From Nannocystis sp. (GTDB taxonomy: Bacteria; Myxococcota_A; Polyangia; Nannocystales; Nannocystaceae): DNA of 64,000 bases. Below, piece by piece: positions 45,418-54,356 of the stretch. The DNA lies in the NCBI GenBank assembly GCA_016712315.1, contig JADJRG010000022.1, positions 866,522 through 930,521 on the forward strand, written 5' to 3'. The translations under genes and the position numbers were made by a program. How positions within the stretch are numbered: position 1 is the first letter of the stretch; each line of letters opens with the position of its first letter. The notes under the pieces were generated by a model. The model searched no databases, had not been told where the DNA came from, and saw nothing but the letters and a program-made list of their open reading frames with translations.

Positions 45418-46353
45418 ATGCAGCACAGCGCCCCGTCCCCGCTCGTCTTCGCGATCCCTGAGTACCGAGGCATGCAGGACGCCCTCTGCCGGCGCGGCGG
45501 CTACGAGCCTGGCGAGCTCGAGCTCCGCGTCTTCCCCGACGGCGAGCGCTACCTGCGGATCCTCACCCCTGTCGACGGCCGCGACATCGTGCTGATCGGC
45601 GGCACCATCAACGACGCCGCCACCCTCACCATCTACGACCTCGCCTGCGCGCTCGTGAAGTACGGCGCCCTCCACCTCACCCTCCTGGTCCCGTACTTCG
45701 CCTACGCGACCATGGAGCGGGCCGTACGCCCCGGCGAAGTCGTCACCGCCAAGACCAGGGCCACCCTGCTCTCTGCGATCCCTCCCGCGTGTTATGGCAA
45801 CCGCGTCGTCCTCCTCGATCTCCACAGCGAGGGGATCCCCCACTACTTCGAGGGCGAGCTCACCGCCGTGCACGTCTACGGCAAGCCGATCATCCGCGCC
45901 GCCGCCCGCCGCCTCGGCGGCGACGACTTCGTGCTCGCCTGCACCGACGCTGGCCGCGCCAAGTGGGTCGAATCGCTCGCCAACGACCTCGGCGTCACCC
46001 CGGCCTTCGTCTACAAGCGCCGCCTCAGCGGCAGCGAGACCGCCGTCGCCGCCGTCAACGCCCAGGTCGAAGGTCGCCGCGTCATCATCTACGACGACAT
46101 GATCCGCACCGGCTCCTCCCTCTTGGGCGCCGCCCGGGCCTACCGCGACGCGGGCGCCGCCAGCCTCGCCGTCATCACCACCCACGGCGTCTTCCCCGGC
46201 GACGCCTACGCCACGATCAAGGCCAGCGGCCTCTTCACCGACATCGTCTGCACCGACTCACACCCGCGCGTGCACGCCCTCGCGAGCGACGGCCTCCAGA
46301 TCGAGCCCACCCTCGATCTCTTCCTGCCGCACCTCGGCTACGCCGCGCGCTGA
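45418..46353 (+). CDS. ribose-phosphate pyrophosphokinase (Prs) family protein
   Basis: Two PRTase-type domains are present, and the PRPP-binding loop is [14 protein letters not shown]. The architecture matches PRPP synthetase, but the sequence looks divergent. Confidence 0.8.
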   Translation: MQHSAPSPLVFAIPEYRGMQDALCRRGGYEPGELELRVFPDGERYLRILTPVDGRDIVLIGGTINDAATLTIYDLACALVKYGALHLTLLVPYFAYATMERAVRPGEVVTAKTRATLLSAIPPACYGNRVVLLDLHSEGIPHYFEGELTAVHVYGKPIIRAAARRLGGDDFVLACTDAGRAKWVESLANDLGVTPAFVYKRRLSGSETAVAAVNAQVEGRRVIIYDDMIRTGSSLLGAARAYRDAGAASLAVITTHGVFPGDAYATIKASGLFTDIVCTDSHPRVHALASDGLQIEPTLDLFLPHLGYAAR

Positions 46354-46388
46354 GCATCTGTCCCAACGGACAGCACAGTGAGAAAGGC

Positions 46389-46423
46389 GAGAGCCGCCGC
46401 CCCCGGGGGGTGCGACGGCTCTC
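46389..46423. terminator. GC-rich hairpin between convergent genes
   Basis: An 8-bp stem, gagagccg/cggctctc, encloses a cccccgggggg palindrome. A further 6-bp hairpin ctgtcc-caac-ggacag sits just after the prs-like stop. Confidence 0.4.
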
Positions 46424-46444
46424 ATCGGGCCGAGGCCGCGCCGG

Positions 46445-47572
46445 CTACTTCTTGCCCTTCTTCTTGTCCTCCGCGGGCAGCGGCTCGAAGGACGAGGTGA
46501 GCAGCGAGCGGTGCTTCTTCATCGACCCGCAGTCCTTGACCTTCTTATTGTGCTTGTCGAAGGCCTTGCCGCAGCTCGGGTAGAGCCCCTCTGCCTTCCA
46601 CTTCTGCTGGCGGATGTCGTTCAGGCAGTAGGCGCCGTCCGGCGTCCACTCCGCCTCGATCTTCCAGTCGTCGGCGGCGCGCGCGTTGATCTGCGGGGCG
46701 AGGTGATCCCAGATGTCGATCTGGTGCCCCGAGACCGTCCACGGCGTGCCGTCGCCGCAGTAGTCGGCGCGCGCCATCCGCGTGCACGCCTGGTGGTAGT
46801 CGGCGAGGGAGACCTCATCGCAGTCCTTCGACTTCTTCTTCCCCTTCTTGTCCTTGCACTGCTCGGCGTCGGCCCAGGGCCGGTAGCCCCACTGGACGCA
46901 GTGAGCGATCACCGCGTCCGAACAGGCGAGCGTGACCAAGCTCGGATCGTCGATCCGATCGCCCGTGACGTCATCCCACCCGTTGGCGACCGGGATCGCT
47001 GGGACCGCGGCCCCGTAGTCATCGACGCACGGGCTCTGCCACTCGTCATCGCTGCCCTCGAGCCGATACGAGAGCTCGTAGAGCAGCACGTCATCGGTCT
47101 CGGCGTCGGGATCGGGATAGACGTCATCGATCCGCAGCGTGTAGGAGACGAGCGAGTCTTGTCCGCCCTCGGAGACCCGCCCGATCAACCCGAGCTCGCT
47201 GCCCTTCAGGTCGACGCCCGAGCGCACGAGCTCGGCGCCATCGACGACGAAGGCGACCTCAAATTCGCTCCCGTTGAGGCGGAACTCGTTGAGCTTGAAG
47301 TCGTTCAGCTTGAAGTCGTTGAGCCGGAACTCGTTGAGGCGGAACTCGTTGAGCTTGAAGTCGTTCAGCTTGAAGTCGTTCAGCTTGAACTCATTGAGCT
47401 TGAAGTCGTTCAGCCTGAAGTTGTTCAGCCTGAAGCTGTTCAGCCTGAAGTTGTTCAGCCTGAAGTTGTTGACTTCTACGGTTCGGAACGCGCCTTCACC
47501 GTCGACCGGCCCGACGCCCGAGTAGCAGCCGCTCACCACCACCGCCAGCAGAACCATTGAAAATCCGCGCAT
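46445..47572 (-). CDS. lipoprotein with 13-14 tandem pentapeptide repeats (NxF[RK]L) and a C-terminal Cys/Lys-rich domain
   Basis: Signal peptide MRGFSMVLLAVVVSGCYS from ATG 47570-47572. It is followed by NNFRLNNFRLNSFRLNNFRLNDFKLNEFKLNDFKLNDFKLNEFRLNEFRLNDFKLNDFKLNEFRL and then a domain with 10 Cys. Confidence 0.75.
   Translation of the reverse strand: MRGFSMVLLAVVVSGCYSGVGPVDGEGAFRTVEVNNFRLNNFRLNSFRLNNFRLNDFKLNEFKLNDFKLNDFKLNEFRLNEFRLNDFKLNDFKLNEFRLNGSEFEVAFVVDGAELVRSGVDLKGSELGLIGRVSEGGQDSLVSYTLRIDDVYPDPDAETDDVLLYELSYRLEGSDDEWQSPCVDDYGAAVPAIPVANGWDDVTGDRIDDPSLVTLACSDAVIAHCVQWGYRPWADAEQCKDKKGKKKSKDCDEVSLADYHQACTRMARADYCGDGTPWTVSGHQIDIWDHLAPQINARAADDWKIEAEWTPDGAYCLNDIRQQKWKAEGLYPSCGKAFDKHNKKVKDCGSMKKHRSLLTSSFEPLPAEDKKKGKK
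47262..47472. repeat. 15-bp tandem repeat array, about 14 copies, with a 41-nt higher-order duplication
   Basis: The unit is gtt(g/c)ag(c/g)(c/t)(t/g)gaa(g/c)t(c/t). Positions 47281-47321 and 47341-47381 are identical. The array encodes the pentapeptide repeats. Confidence 0.9.
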
Positions 47573-47650
47573 ACCCGCCCTCTCTCCCAACCAGACGCTC
47601 TCATCCTTGATCAGGTCCCAATAGAGTGCAAGCAAAAAATTAGCGGTACA

Positions 47651-50600
47651 CTAATGCGATAGTGTCGCACATACCCGCACCCCGACGAACTCCGAGCGAT
47701 AACCCGCGTCGAGGGTCTCTCGGGACATCACCCGCATCTGCAGCGCGTCCATCGCGAACCCCCCGCCGCGAGCCACGTAGCTCGACGGCTCGAGCGACGA
47801 CGAGACCCACTCGAACGCGTTCCCAGCCATGTCCTGGACCCCATACGGGCTCGTCGACGCAGGGTACGCGCCGACCTCATCGAGGCCCATCAGGCGCGGA
47901 TCTTGGCCATAGGTCCGGTCGAAATTCGCCTCATTCGGGGCGACGGTGTTCCCATGTGGGTAGAAGCGGGAGTCGGCCCCACGAGCGGCTCGCTCCCACT
48001 CATAGTCCGTACAAAGACGCGCCCCTGGGAGCCGCCCGCTACCGTCCAGCCAGCCGACGTACGCGAGCGCATCGACGGCGGTGATCCCGACGACGGGGTA
48101 TCGCTCCCACACCCCCGGTGTCAAATGACCCCCACCCGGATATGTGAACAATTGCCCGCTCGCGACCTCGTACGGCGCGTCACGGTCCCAAGAGAGCACC
48201 CACGCGCCGGGCCCCTCGCGGCGCAGGGTCCGCGGCATATGCTTCTGGCGCAGCTCCTCGTCTGCTCCCTCGAGGAACTCAATATAATCGGCGAAGGTCG
48301 CCTCATGCGTCGCGATCAAGTAGCTCCCGGTGGAGACTTGATGGAGCGGCACCGCGTTCATGAAGCTGCGCCGCAGATCGGGGTCTCCCGCGCCTCCGAA
48401 CAAGAACCTACCCGCTGGGATGTATGTATATCCCGGCGGAATATCATCGGTCTTGCGCATCGTGACATCGACCGGGAGCCGCTCGTCTCGCTCGACCAAT
48501 ACGGGCAGCTTTAGGTCCGCGTATCCCTCGCTTGTGACAGTCAACAAATAGGATCCTGGATCGACCATCACGGGCTCTAGCGCGCGAACGACGCCTAGAT
48601 CGCGCATCTCCGCCAACCTCGCCTTGCCTCCTTCATCAAACACATAGGCCGCGATCGCCACACGCGCCGCAGGCGGTGTGACCGTGAGGTAGAGGTGCGC
48701 CGCCCCCTTCAGTCGCGCGATCCTGGTCCCCTCGCGGTCATAGAGCGCTAACCGCGCGACCAGCTCATCCCGCGACACACCGCCGTCGAACGCCGCGCCC
48801 TTCTCCAGATGCAGCACCCGCTCAAGCAGGACATCCGCCAAGAACATCCGGATGTCCTCGCGACTATTATCAAGGCTCAACGCCGTCTCCGCCGCCTGGG
48901 AGGCCTCCGCGAATTCACGCGCCGCGACCGCACGCTCCGCCTGCGCCTTGGCCCACAGCTCCTCACCTTGTGCCACCGCCTGGCTATCAAACCACTGGAG
49001 CGCCGCGGCGCTCTGCTGCTGAGCGCTGCGCGCGGACACCTCTGCGTCACCGAGGCGCCGCTGGGCCTCGCGAAAGCTCGCGTCCACACGCTCGCGCAGC
49101 GCCCGCTGCCCTTGCACCCACAGCCCCCCATACGTCGACAGCAGCGCCAGCGGCACCGCGACGATCAACGCCCGCCGCAGCCGCCGCGCCCGCGTCGCCT
49201 CACGCGCGCTCACGACCAGGAACTCCGACTCGCGCGGCCGCAGCCCTGCGTGCTCGATCGTCCCGGCCTCTGCGACCTGGCTCGCGCTCCACAGCCCCAC
49301 CTGTCCGCGGCCGAGTCGCTCCCACTCGCTCGCCGCCGCCTCCAGCCGGTGCAGGACCGCCCGCGCCTCCTTCTCCTCCTCGAGCCAGCCCGCGAGCTGC
49401 GCCCAGCCGCCCACAAGCGCCTCATGCGCGATCTCGTAGACCATCCGCTCGCCGGCCTCTTTGACCACCAGCAGCCGCCCACGCACCAACGCGTCGAGCG
49501 CCGCCTTCGACGCCTCCCCTGCGGCCGCCAGCTCGTCCAACGTCAACGACGCCCGCGTGTTGTCCAGCGTCACCAGGCGCATCAACAAGCGCCGCGCCGC
49601 CGCCCGCTGCGCCGGCAGCAGCCCCGCCAGCACCCCGTCCGCGTGGCGAGCGAGCGCCCCCGTCACCCCGCCGATCTTCCGCAGCTCCGCCGTCGAGATC
49701 ACGGACGTCGACGTGTCGCGGCTCTCCCACAGCTCCGCCAGCGCGAACTGCAAGAGCGGCAGCGATCCCTTCACCCCCGCCTCGACCAGCTCATCGACCA
49801 GCTCATCGCTCTCAAACGCGACCCCGTGCGCCTGCGCTGGCCCGGCGATCGCCTCCCGCGCCCCCTCCGGCGACAGCGGCCGCAGCAGGAAGATCCCCCG
49901 CGTCACCTCATCACCGAGCCCTGGCACCGTCGCCACGCGGGTCAAGAAGTCCCCGCGCACCGTCGCCATCACCTTCAGCCCCGGGATCCCGGCGAGCAGC
50001 CGCACCACCAACGGGCCGATGAGCGCCACCTCCGCCGGCTCCGCGATCGTCACGAACTCCTCGAACTGGTCGATGAAGATCATGCAGCCCCCGGCCTCGC
50101 CGAGCTGCTTCCGCAGCGCCCGCACCAGCGCCTCCGGCTCGCTCTTCAGCAGCGTCGACACCTCCTCCTCGCCGAGCCCGAAGCCCCGCGCCACCACCGC
50201 GACGAACGACTGCCGCGGGTAACGCCCCGGCGTCATGATCACGGTGCGCCACGTCTTGCCAGGGTCGAGGTTCCCCTCGTTCACCATCGGCACCACGCCT
50301 GCGCGGCACAGCGACGACTTGCCGACCCCTGAGTCGCCCGCGACCACCACGAACGAGTCCGCGCGCAGACGCTCGACCACCGCGCGGATCTCAGCCGAGC
50401 GGCCGAAGAACAGCGAGCGGTGCTCCGCCTCGAACGCCTGCAGCCCGCGGTACGGGTTCCCGGTCGGGATCCCCGGCCCCCCGCGCCGCTGCGGCGCCGC
50501 CACGACCTCGAGCGCGCTGCGCAGCTCCTCCGCCGAGGCGAAGCGCTGGTACGGGTCTCGCTCGAGGCAACGATCGATGATCCCCGCCAGGCGCGCGTCC

Positions 50601-51583
50601 ACACCTGGCGCGAGGGACAGCAGCGGCAGCGGCTCCTTCTCCTGCACCAGCATCGCCAGGTCGAACGGAGAGTCCGCGTCGTGCGGCGGCTTACCGCAGC
50701 AGAGGATGTACATCAGCACGCCGAGCGCATACACGTCAGAGCGCCGCGACGCCGGATCAGCCAGCCACAGCTCCGGCGCCATGTAGTGAGGCGTGCCCAT
50801 CACCGTGCCTTGCCGGGTGATCGACGCCGCCCCCCCGCTCCACCCGTCCTTGAAGCGCGGGCTCTCGTCGACGCGGCGCTGCACCTTCGGCGTCGGCGCG
50901 TTGCCGGCCACCGGCTCGAGCTTCGCCGTGTCCGCGAGCCGCTGCACGACCATCTGGCGGGCGTTGTTCGCCGCCCGCATCACCAGGTCCTGCCTCGTCT
51001 CCGGGACGATCCCCCGCTGCGTCGACGAAGCAGACGACGACGCGATCGTCCGGTCACCTGGCACATCGACCAGCTTCGCCAGGCCGAAGTCCAGCAGCTT
51101 CACCTGCCCGAACTCGTCGATCAGCGCGTTCGAGAGCTTGATGTCGCGGTGCAGCACCCCTTGCCGGTGAGCCGCCCCAAGCCCGCGCGCCAGCCCGATC
51201 CCGATCTCCAGCACCTTCGCCCACGGCAGCGGCAGCTCCAGGTCCCCGAGGCTCTGCCCGCGGATGTACTCCGAGACCAGATACAGCCGCCCCTGGATCT
51301 CCCCCACCCGGTAGATCCCCATCACGTTCGGGTGCTGAATCCGCGCGACCGCCCGCGCCTCCACCAAGAAGCGCTCGCGCTCGACCGGGTCGGGCCGAAA
51401 CGACCCCAAGAACTTCACCGCGACCGGCCGGTCGAGCACCAGATCCTGGGCGAGGAAGACCTGCCCCATGCTGCCGCGGCCGAGCGGCCGGACGATCCGG
51501 TACTCATCAAACTCGCCGGGGGGCGTCCACGTCGCCTCTTCAAGCACCCGCGGCCCTCCTCGGCGCGCGTGGATCGCCAGCAC
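47651..51583 (-). CDS. Ser/Thr protein kinase fused to STAND (NACHT-like) NTPase and a C-terminal formylglycine-generating-enzyme (FGE-sulfatase) domain
   Basis: Kinase motifs HRDIKLSNAL and DFGLA. The P-loop is VVVAGDSGVGKSSL. The C-terminal 300 aa carry FGE-sulfatase signatures (ARGGGFAMD, YRSEFVGVRVC). Confidence 0.85.
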   Translation of the reverse strand: MLAIHARRGGPRVLEEATWTPPGEFDEYRIVRPLGRGSMGQVFLAQDLVLDRPVAVKFLGSFRPDPVERERFLVEARAVARIQHPNVMGIYRVGEIQGRLYLVSEYIRGQSLGDLELPLPWAKVLEIGIGLARGLGAAHRQGVLHRDIKLSNALIDEFGQVKLLDFGLAKLVDVPGDRTIASSSASSTQRGIVPETRQDLVMRAANNARQMVVQRLADTAKLEPVAGNAPTPKVQRRVDESPRFKDGWSGGAASITRQGTVMGTPHYMAPELWLADPASRRSDVYALGVLMYILCCGKPPHDADSPFDLAMLVQEKEPLPLLSLAPGVDARLAGIIDRCLERDPYQRFASAEELRSALEVVAAPQRRGGPGIPTGNPYRGLQAFEAEHRSLFFGRSAEIRAVVERLRADSFVVVAGDSGVGKSSLCRAGVVPMVNEGNLDPGKTWRTVIMTPGRYPRQSFVAVVARGFGLGEEEVSTLLKSEPEALVRALRKQLGEAGGCMIFIDQFEEFVTIAEPAEVALIGPLVVRLLAGIPGLKVMATVRGDFLTRVATVPGLGDEVTRGIFLLRPLSPEGAREAIAGPAQAHGVAFESDELVDELVEAGVKGSLPLLQFALAELWESRDTSTSVISTAELRKIGGVTGALARHADGVLAGLLPAQRAAARRLLMRLVTLDNTRASLTLDELAAAGEASKAALDALVRGRLLVVKEAGERMVYEIAHEALVGGWAQLAGWLEEEKEARAVLHRLEAAASEWERLGRGQVGLWSASQVAEAGTIEHAGLRPRESEFLVVSAREATRARRLRRALIVAVPLALLSTYGGLWVQGQRALRERVDASFREAQRRLGDAEVSARSAQQQSAAALQWFDSQAVAQGEELWAKAQAERAVAAREFAEASQAAETALSLDNSREDIRMFLADVLLERVLHLEKGAAFDGGVSRDELVARLALYDREGTRIARLKGAAHLYLTVTPPAARVAIAAYVFDEGGKARLAEMRDLGVVRALEPVMVDPGSYLLTVTSEGYADLKLPVLVERDERLPVDVTMRKTDDIPPGYTYIPAGRFLFGGAGDPDLRRSFMNAVPLHQVSTGSYLIATHEATFADYIEFLEGADEELRQKHMPRTLRREGPGAWVLSWDRDAPYEVASGQLFTYPGGGHLTPGVWERYPVVGITAVDALAYVGWLDGSGRLPGARLCTDYEWERAARGADSRFYPHGNTVAPNEANFDRTYGQDPRLMGLDEVGAYPASTSPYGVQDMAGNAFEWVSSSLEPSSYVARGGGFAMDALQMRVMSRETLDAGYRSEFVGVRVCATLSH

Positions 51584-51731
51584 TCCGGCCCGCGCGACGC
51601 ACCTGCGTGGAGTTCAGCACCCTCAGAGCCCTGGCGACAGACGACAACACTGCGATCTTGCCCAGCTTTGCACAGCCCTTCACAGCGCGGCAAGCGACCC
51701 CGACCGCGGCCGCCAGCGTACACTCTCGCCC

Positions 51732-52706
51732 ATGCAGACGCGCACGCTCGCCGGCTATGAGCACGTCTATGAGCTCGAGTGCGCGGGCAGCCGCGCCTTC
51801 ATCGCCATCCACGCCGCCCTCCGCGGCCGCGCCTTCGGAGGCGTCCGGATCCGCGCCTATGCCAGCGACGAGCACGCCCTCACCGACGCCCTCGCGCTCG
51901 CCGAGGCGATGACCCGCAAGGTCGTGCTCGCCGGCATCGACGGCGGCGGCGCCAAGTCCGTGCTGCGACTCCCGCCCCCGCATCGCCGCGCCGCAGCGAT
52001 CCACCAGCTCGGCCGCTTCATCGACTCCTTGGGCGGCCGCTACCAGTGCGGCGGCGACTACGGCTTCACCGCCGCGGACGAGGCTGTCCTCCGCGCCGCC
52101 ACGCGCCACGTCGCCTGCGGCGATCTCGCCGAGGCGACCGCCCGCTCCGTCGAGCTCGCGATCTTCGCCGCCGCGGACCCGCGCGTCGTCGCCCTCCAGG
52201 GCCTCGGCGCGGTCGGTCGCCCGCTCGCCCGCCGCCTCCTCGCCCGCGGCGTCCGGGTCATCGCCGCCGACCCTACCTGGCCCGAAGACCTTGTCCCTGG
52301 GGACACCCTGCAACGCGTCGATCCTGCCGCGATCTACGGCGTCGACTGCGACGTCTTCGCCCCCTGCGCGCACGGCGGCGTGCTCGACGCGTCGACGATA
52401 CCGCGCCTGCGCGCCGCCCTCGTCTGCGGCGCCGCCAACAACCCCTTCGCCGCCGCCGACGACGTCGACCGCCTCAACGCCCGCGGCGTCGCCTACATCC
52501 CCGACGTCATCGCCAACGCGGGCGCCACCATCGTCGGCGCCTCCAACGCCCTCGACGAAGAGGCCCACATCGACCGTCGCTTCGCCGCGATCCCCGCGCT
52601 CATCCACGATCTCCTCGATCGCTCCCGCAGCGAGCGCCGCTCCACCCACTGGATCGCCCACGAGCTCGCCGACCAGCGGATCGCCGCGCTGCGCCGCCCC
52701 GCCTAG
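51732..52706 (+). CDS. Glu/Leu/Phe/Val dehydrogenase family protein (leucine-dehydrogenase-like)
   Basis: The Gly-rich catalytic region is LAGIDGGGAKSV and there is a Rossmann segment (LQGLGAVGRPLARRL). The start is ATG 51732. Confidence 0.8.
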   Translation: MQTRTLAGYEHVYELECAGSRAFIAIHAALRGRAFGGVRIRAYASDEHALTDALALAEAMTRKVVLAGIDGGGAKSVLRLPPPHRRAAAIHQLGRFIDSLGGRYQCGGDYGFTAADEAVLRAATRHVACGDLAEATARSVELAIFAAADPRVVALQGLGAVGRPLARRLLARGVRVIAADPTWPEDLVPGDTLQRVDPAAIYGVDCDVFAPCAHGGVLDASTIPRLRAALVCGAANNPFAAADDVDRLNARGVAYIPDVIANAGATIVGASNALDEEAHIDRRFAAIPALIHDLLDRSRSERRSTHWIAHELADQRIAALRRPA

Positions 52707-53251
52707 CGCTGCAGCGCGTCGATCTGCTCGAGCACCAGCGCCGACGTCGGCCGATCGGAGCTGCGCTCGCCGATGTACTGCCACACGATCACGCCCTCTC
52801 GACTGATCACGAACACCGCCGGGATCGCCACCTCGCCATCAACGACGCCGTAAGCTCGAGCGATCCCGAGCCCCACATCCTGGACCAACGGGAACTCGAT
52901 CCCCAGCTTCGCCGCGAACTTCTTCGAGTCCTCCGGCGGATCAGCGCTGATCCCGACGATCCCCACCGAACGCGCCGCCAGCTCCCCCTGAATCTTCGCC
53001 AAGTCGCCGAACTGGCGACGACAGAAGGGTCACCAAAACCCCCTGTAAAAGACCAGCACCGCCGGCCCCTGCGCCCGTAGCGCGCCCAGGCTGACCGCGC
53101 CGCCCGCCGCGTCGACCGCCGAGAATTCTGGCGCTGCGCTCGCGCTCTTCGGCGCCGCTGGATCGGGCGCCGACACCTTACACGCCAGCCCCAGCGCCAC
53201 CCCGGCCAGCATCGACAACAGCCCGCGACGTCCCTTCGTCATGGTCACCAT
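52703..53251 (-). CDS. thioredoxin-fold redoxin (AhpC/TSA-TlpA-like) lipoprotein with in-frame TGA at the first Cys of its WCxxC motif. Candidate selenoprotein, or else a pseudogene.
   Basis: Track ORFs 53030..53251 and 52703..53002 are in the same frame. They are separated only by TGA (53030-53032) plus 9 sense codons. The read-through gives ...VLVFYRGFW-[TGA]-PFCRRQFGDLAKIQ..., which is the classic redox-motif position. The N-terminus has a lipobox (GLAC). Confidence 0.5.
53003..53019 (-). other. SECIS-like RNA hairpin immediately downstream of the in-frame UGA
   Basis: In the mRNA: UGA, then 10 nt, then a perfect 6-bp stem GUCGCC/GGCGAC with the apical loop AGUUC, which contains GU. The loop G is about 18 nt from the UGA, within the usual bacterial SECIS range. 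Confidence 0.4.
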
Positions 53252-53252
53252 T

Positions 53253-54356
53253 CTAACCCGAGTTCACCGCTCGCTGGTCATCCGCCGCCCCGATCGCCGC
53301 GCAAGGACCCGGCGCCCCCGGCAACGACAGGCAATACGCGACGAACGCCTCAAACACCGGCCGCGGCGCGCCCACCGTCGGCAGCGCGTGGTAGTGCAGC
53401 GCAGGCAGCGCGTTCACCTCGAGGATCGCCGCCTCCCGCCAAGCCTCCGCGCCACCTCGCGGCGCCCGCACAAACGAGGCCAGCGGCCCGCGCAGATCCA
53501 CCCCGCCCACGTCCACCCCCAAGCGAGCGCACGCCGCCTCCGCGACCTCGAACCATGCACGATCGATCGCGTCGCTACGATCGATCACCTCCGCCTCCTC
53601 GCTCGTGATCTCGATCGATGCGCCGGCCGGCAGCGGCTCCTCCAGATCGAGCCCCAGCGCCTCGAGGTGCGCCGCCATCGCCTCCTCCGCCTCGATCACG
53701 TCCATCGCCACCAGCGCCGGCGCGGCCCACGACCCCCGCCGAGGATCCTCATTCAACGCCGCGATCGCCGCCGCCGCGCTCGTGACACCGTCCCCGCGCA
53801 GCAGCGGCCGCACGATCTCCGCCGCCGCCACGCAGCGCCCGCCGATCACCGTCAGCCGCACGTTCGTCCCCTCCAGGTGCGGCTCCAGCAGCGCCTCCTC
53901 GTCGCGGTCGATCGCCTGAGCCCGCGAGATCGCCCGCGCAAGCCCCTCCATCTCCCTGATCCCCGGCGTCACGCCGACCCCGCGGTTCCCCCAGTTCGGC
54001 TTCACCACCACCGCCCCAAAGCGCCGCAAGAAGCCCTGCGCGGCCGCTCCGCGCGGATCATCACCTTCATCCAAGAGCAGGTCTGGAGGGACAGGTAGGC
54101 CGATCGCCGCCAGCAGCTCCCTGCTCACCTTCTTGTTGTTCGACAGCGTCTGCGCCACCTGCGTCAAGAACGGCGAGCGCGTCTTCGAGATGATCACCGA
54201 GCGCCCCTCCCCACGCAGCCGCAAGAAGAAGTCCGTGCGCGCCTGGCTCAGCGGCTCCGCCTTCGCCCCCAGCCGCGCCGCCGCCTGCATGATCAGCAGG
54301 TTCGTCCGGCTCCACCGCCGCGCGCGCGCCCCCTCGTCCTCGTGCTCGGCGCTCAT
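53253..54356 (-). CDS. ATP-grasp ligase, cyanophycin-synthetase-N-terminal / RimK-like
   Basis: The segment SKTRSPFLTQVAQTLSNNKKVSRELLAAIGLPVPP...FGAVVVKPNWGNRGVGV parallels the CphA ATP-grasp region (...KPLDGNHGRGV). There is no Mur-ligase part. It is 1 nt from the redoxin start, and its own start overlaps speE by 4 nt. Confidence 0.7.
   Translation of the reverse strand: MSAEHEDEGARARRWSRTNLLIMQAAARLGAKAEPLSQARTDFFLRLRGEGRSVIISKTRSPFLTQVAQTLSNNKKVSRELLAAIGLPVPPDLLLDEGDDPRGAAAQGFLRRFGAVVVKPNWGNRGVGVTPGIREMEGLARAISRAQAIDRDEEALLEPHLEGTNVRLTVIGGRCVAAAEIVRPLLRGDGVTSAAAAIAALNEDPRRGSWAAPALVAMDVIEAEEAMAAHLEALGLDLEEPLPAGASIEITSEEAEVIDRSDAIDRAWFEVAEAACARLGVDVGGVDLRGPLASFVRAPRGGAEAWREAAILEVNALPALHYHALPTVGAPRPVFEAFVAYCLSLPGAPGPCAAIGAADDQRAVNSG

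Noticed and set aside
47262-47472. Possible CRISPR array (regular short direct repeats); also 1241-1298
   Set aside because: The units are 15 and 18 bp, contiguous with no spacers, and in one case in-frame coding. There are no cas genes nearby. They are tandem repeats, not CRISPR.
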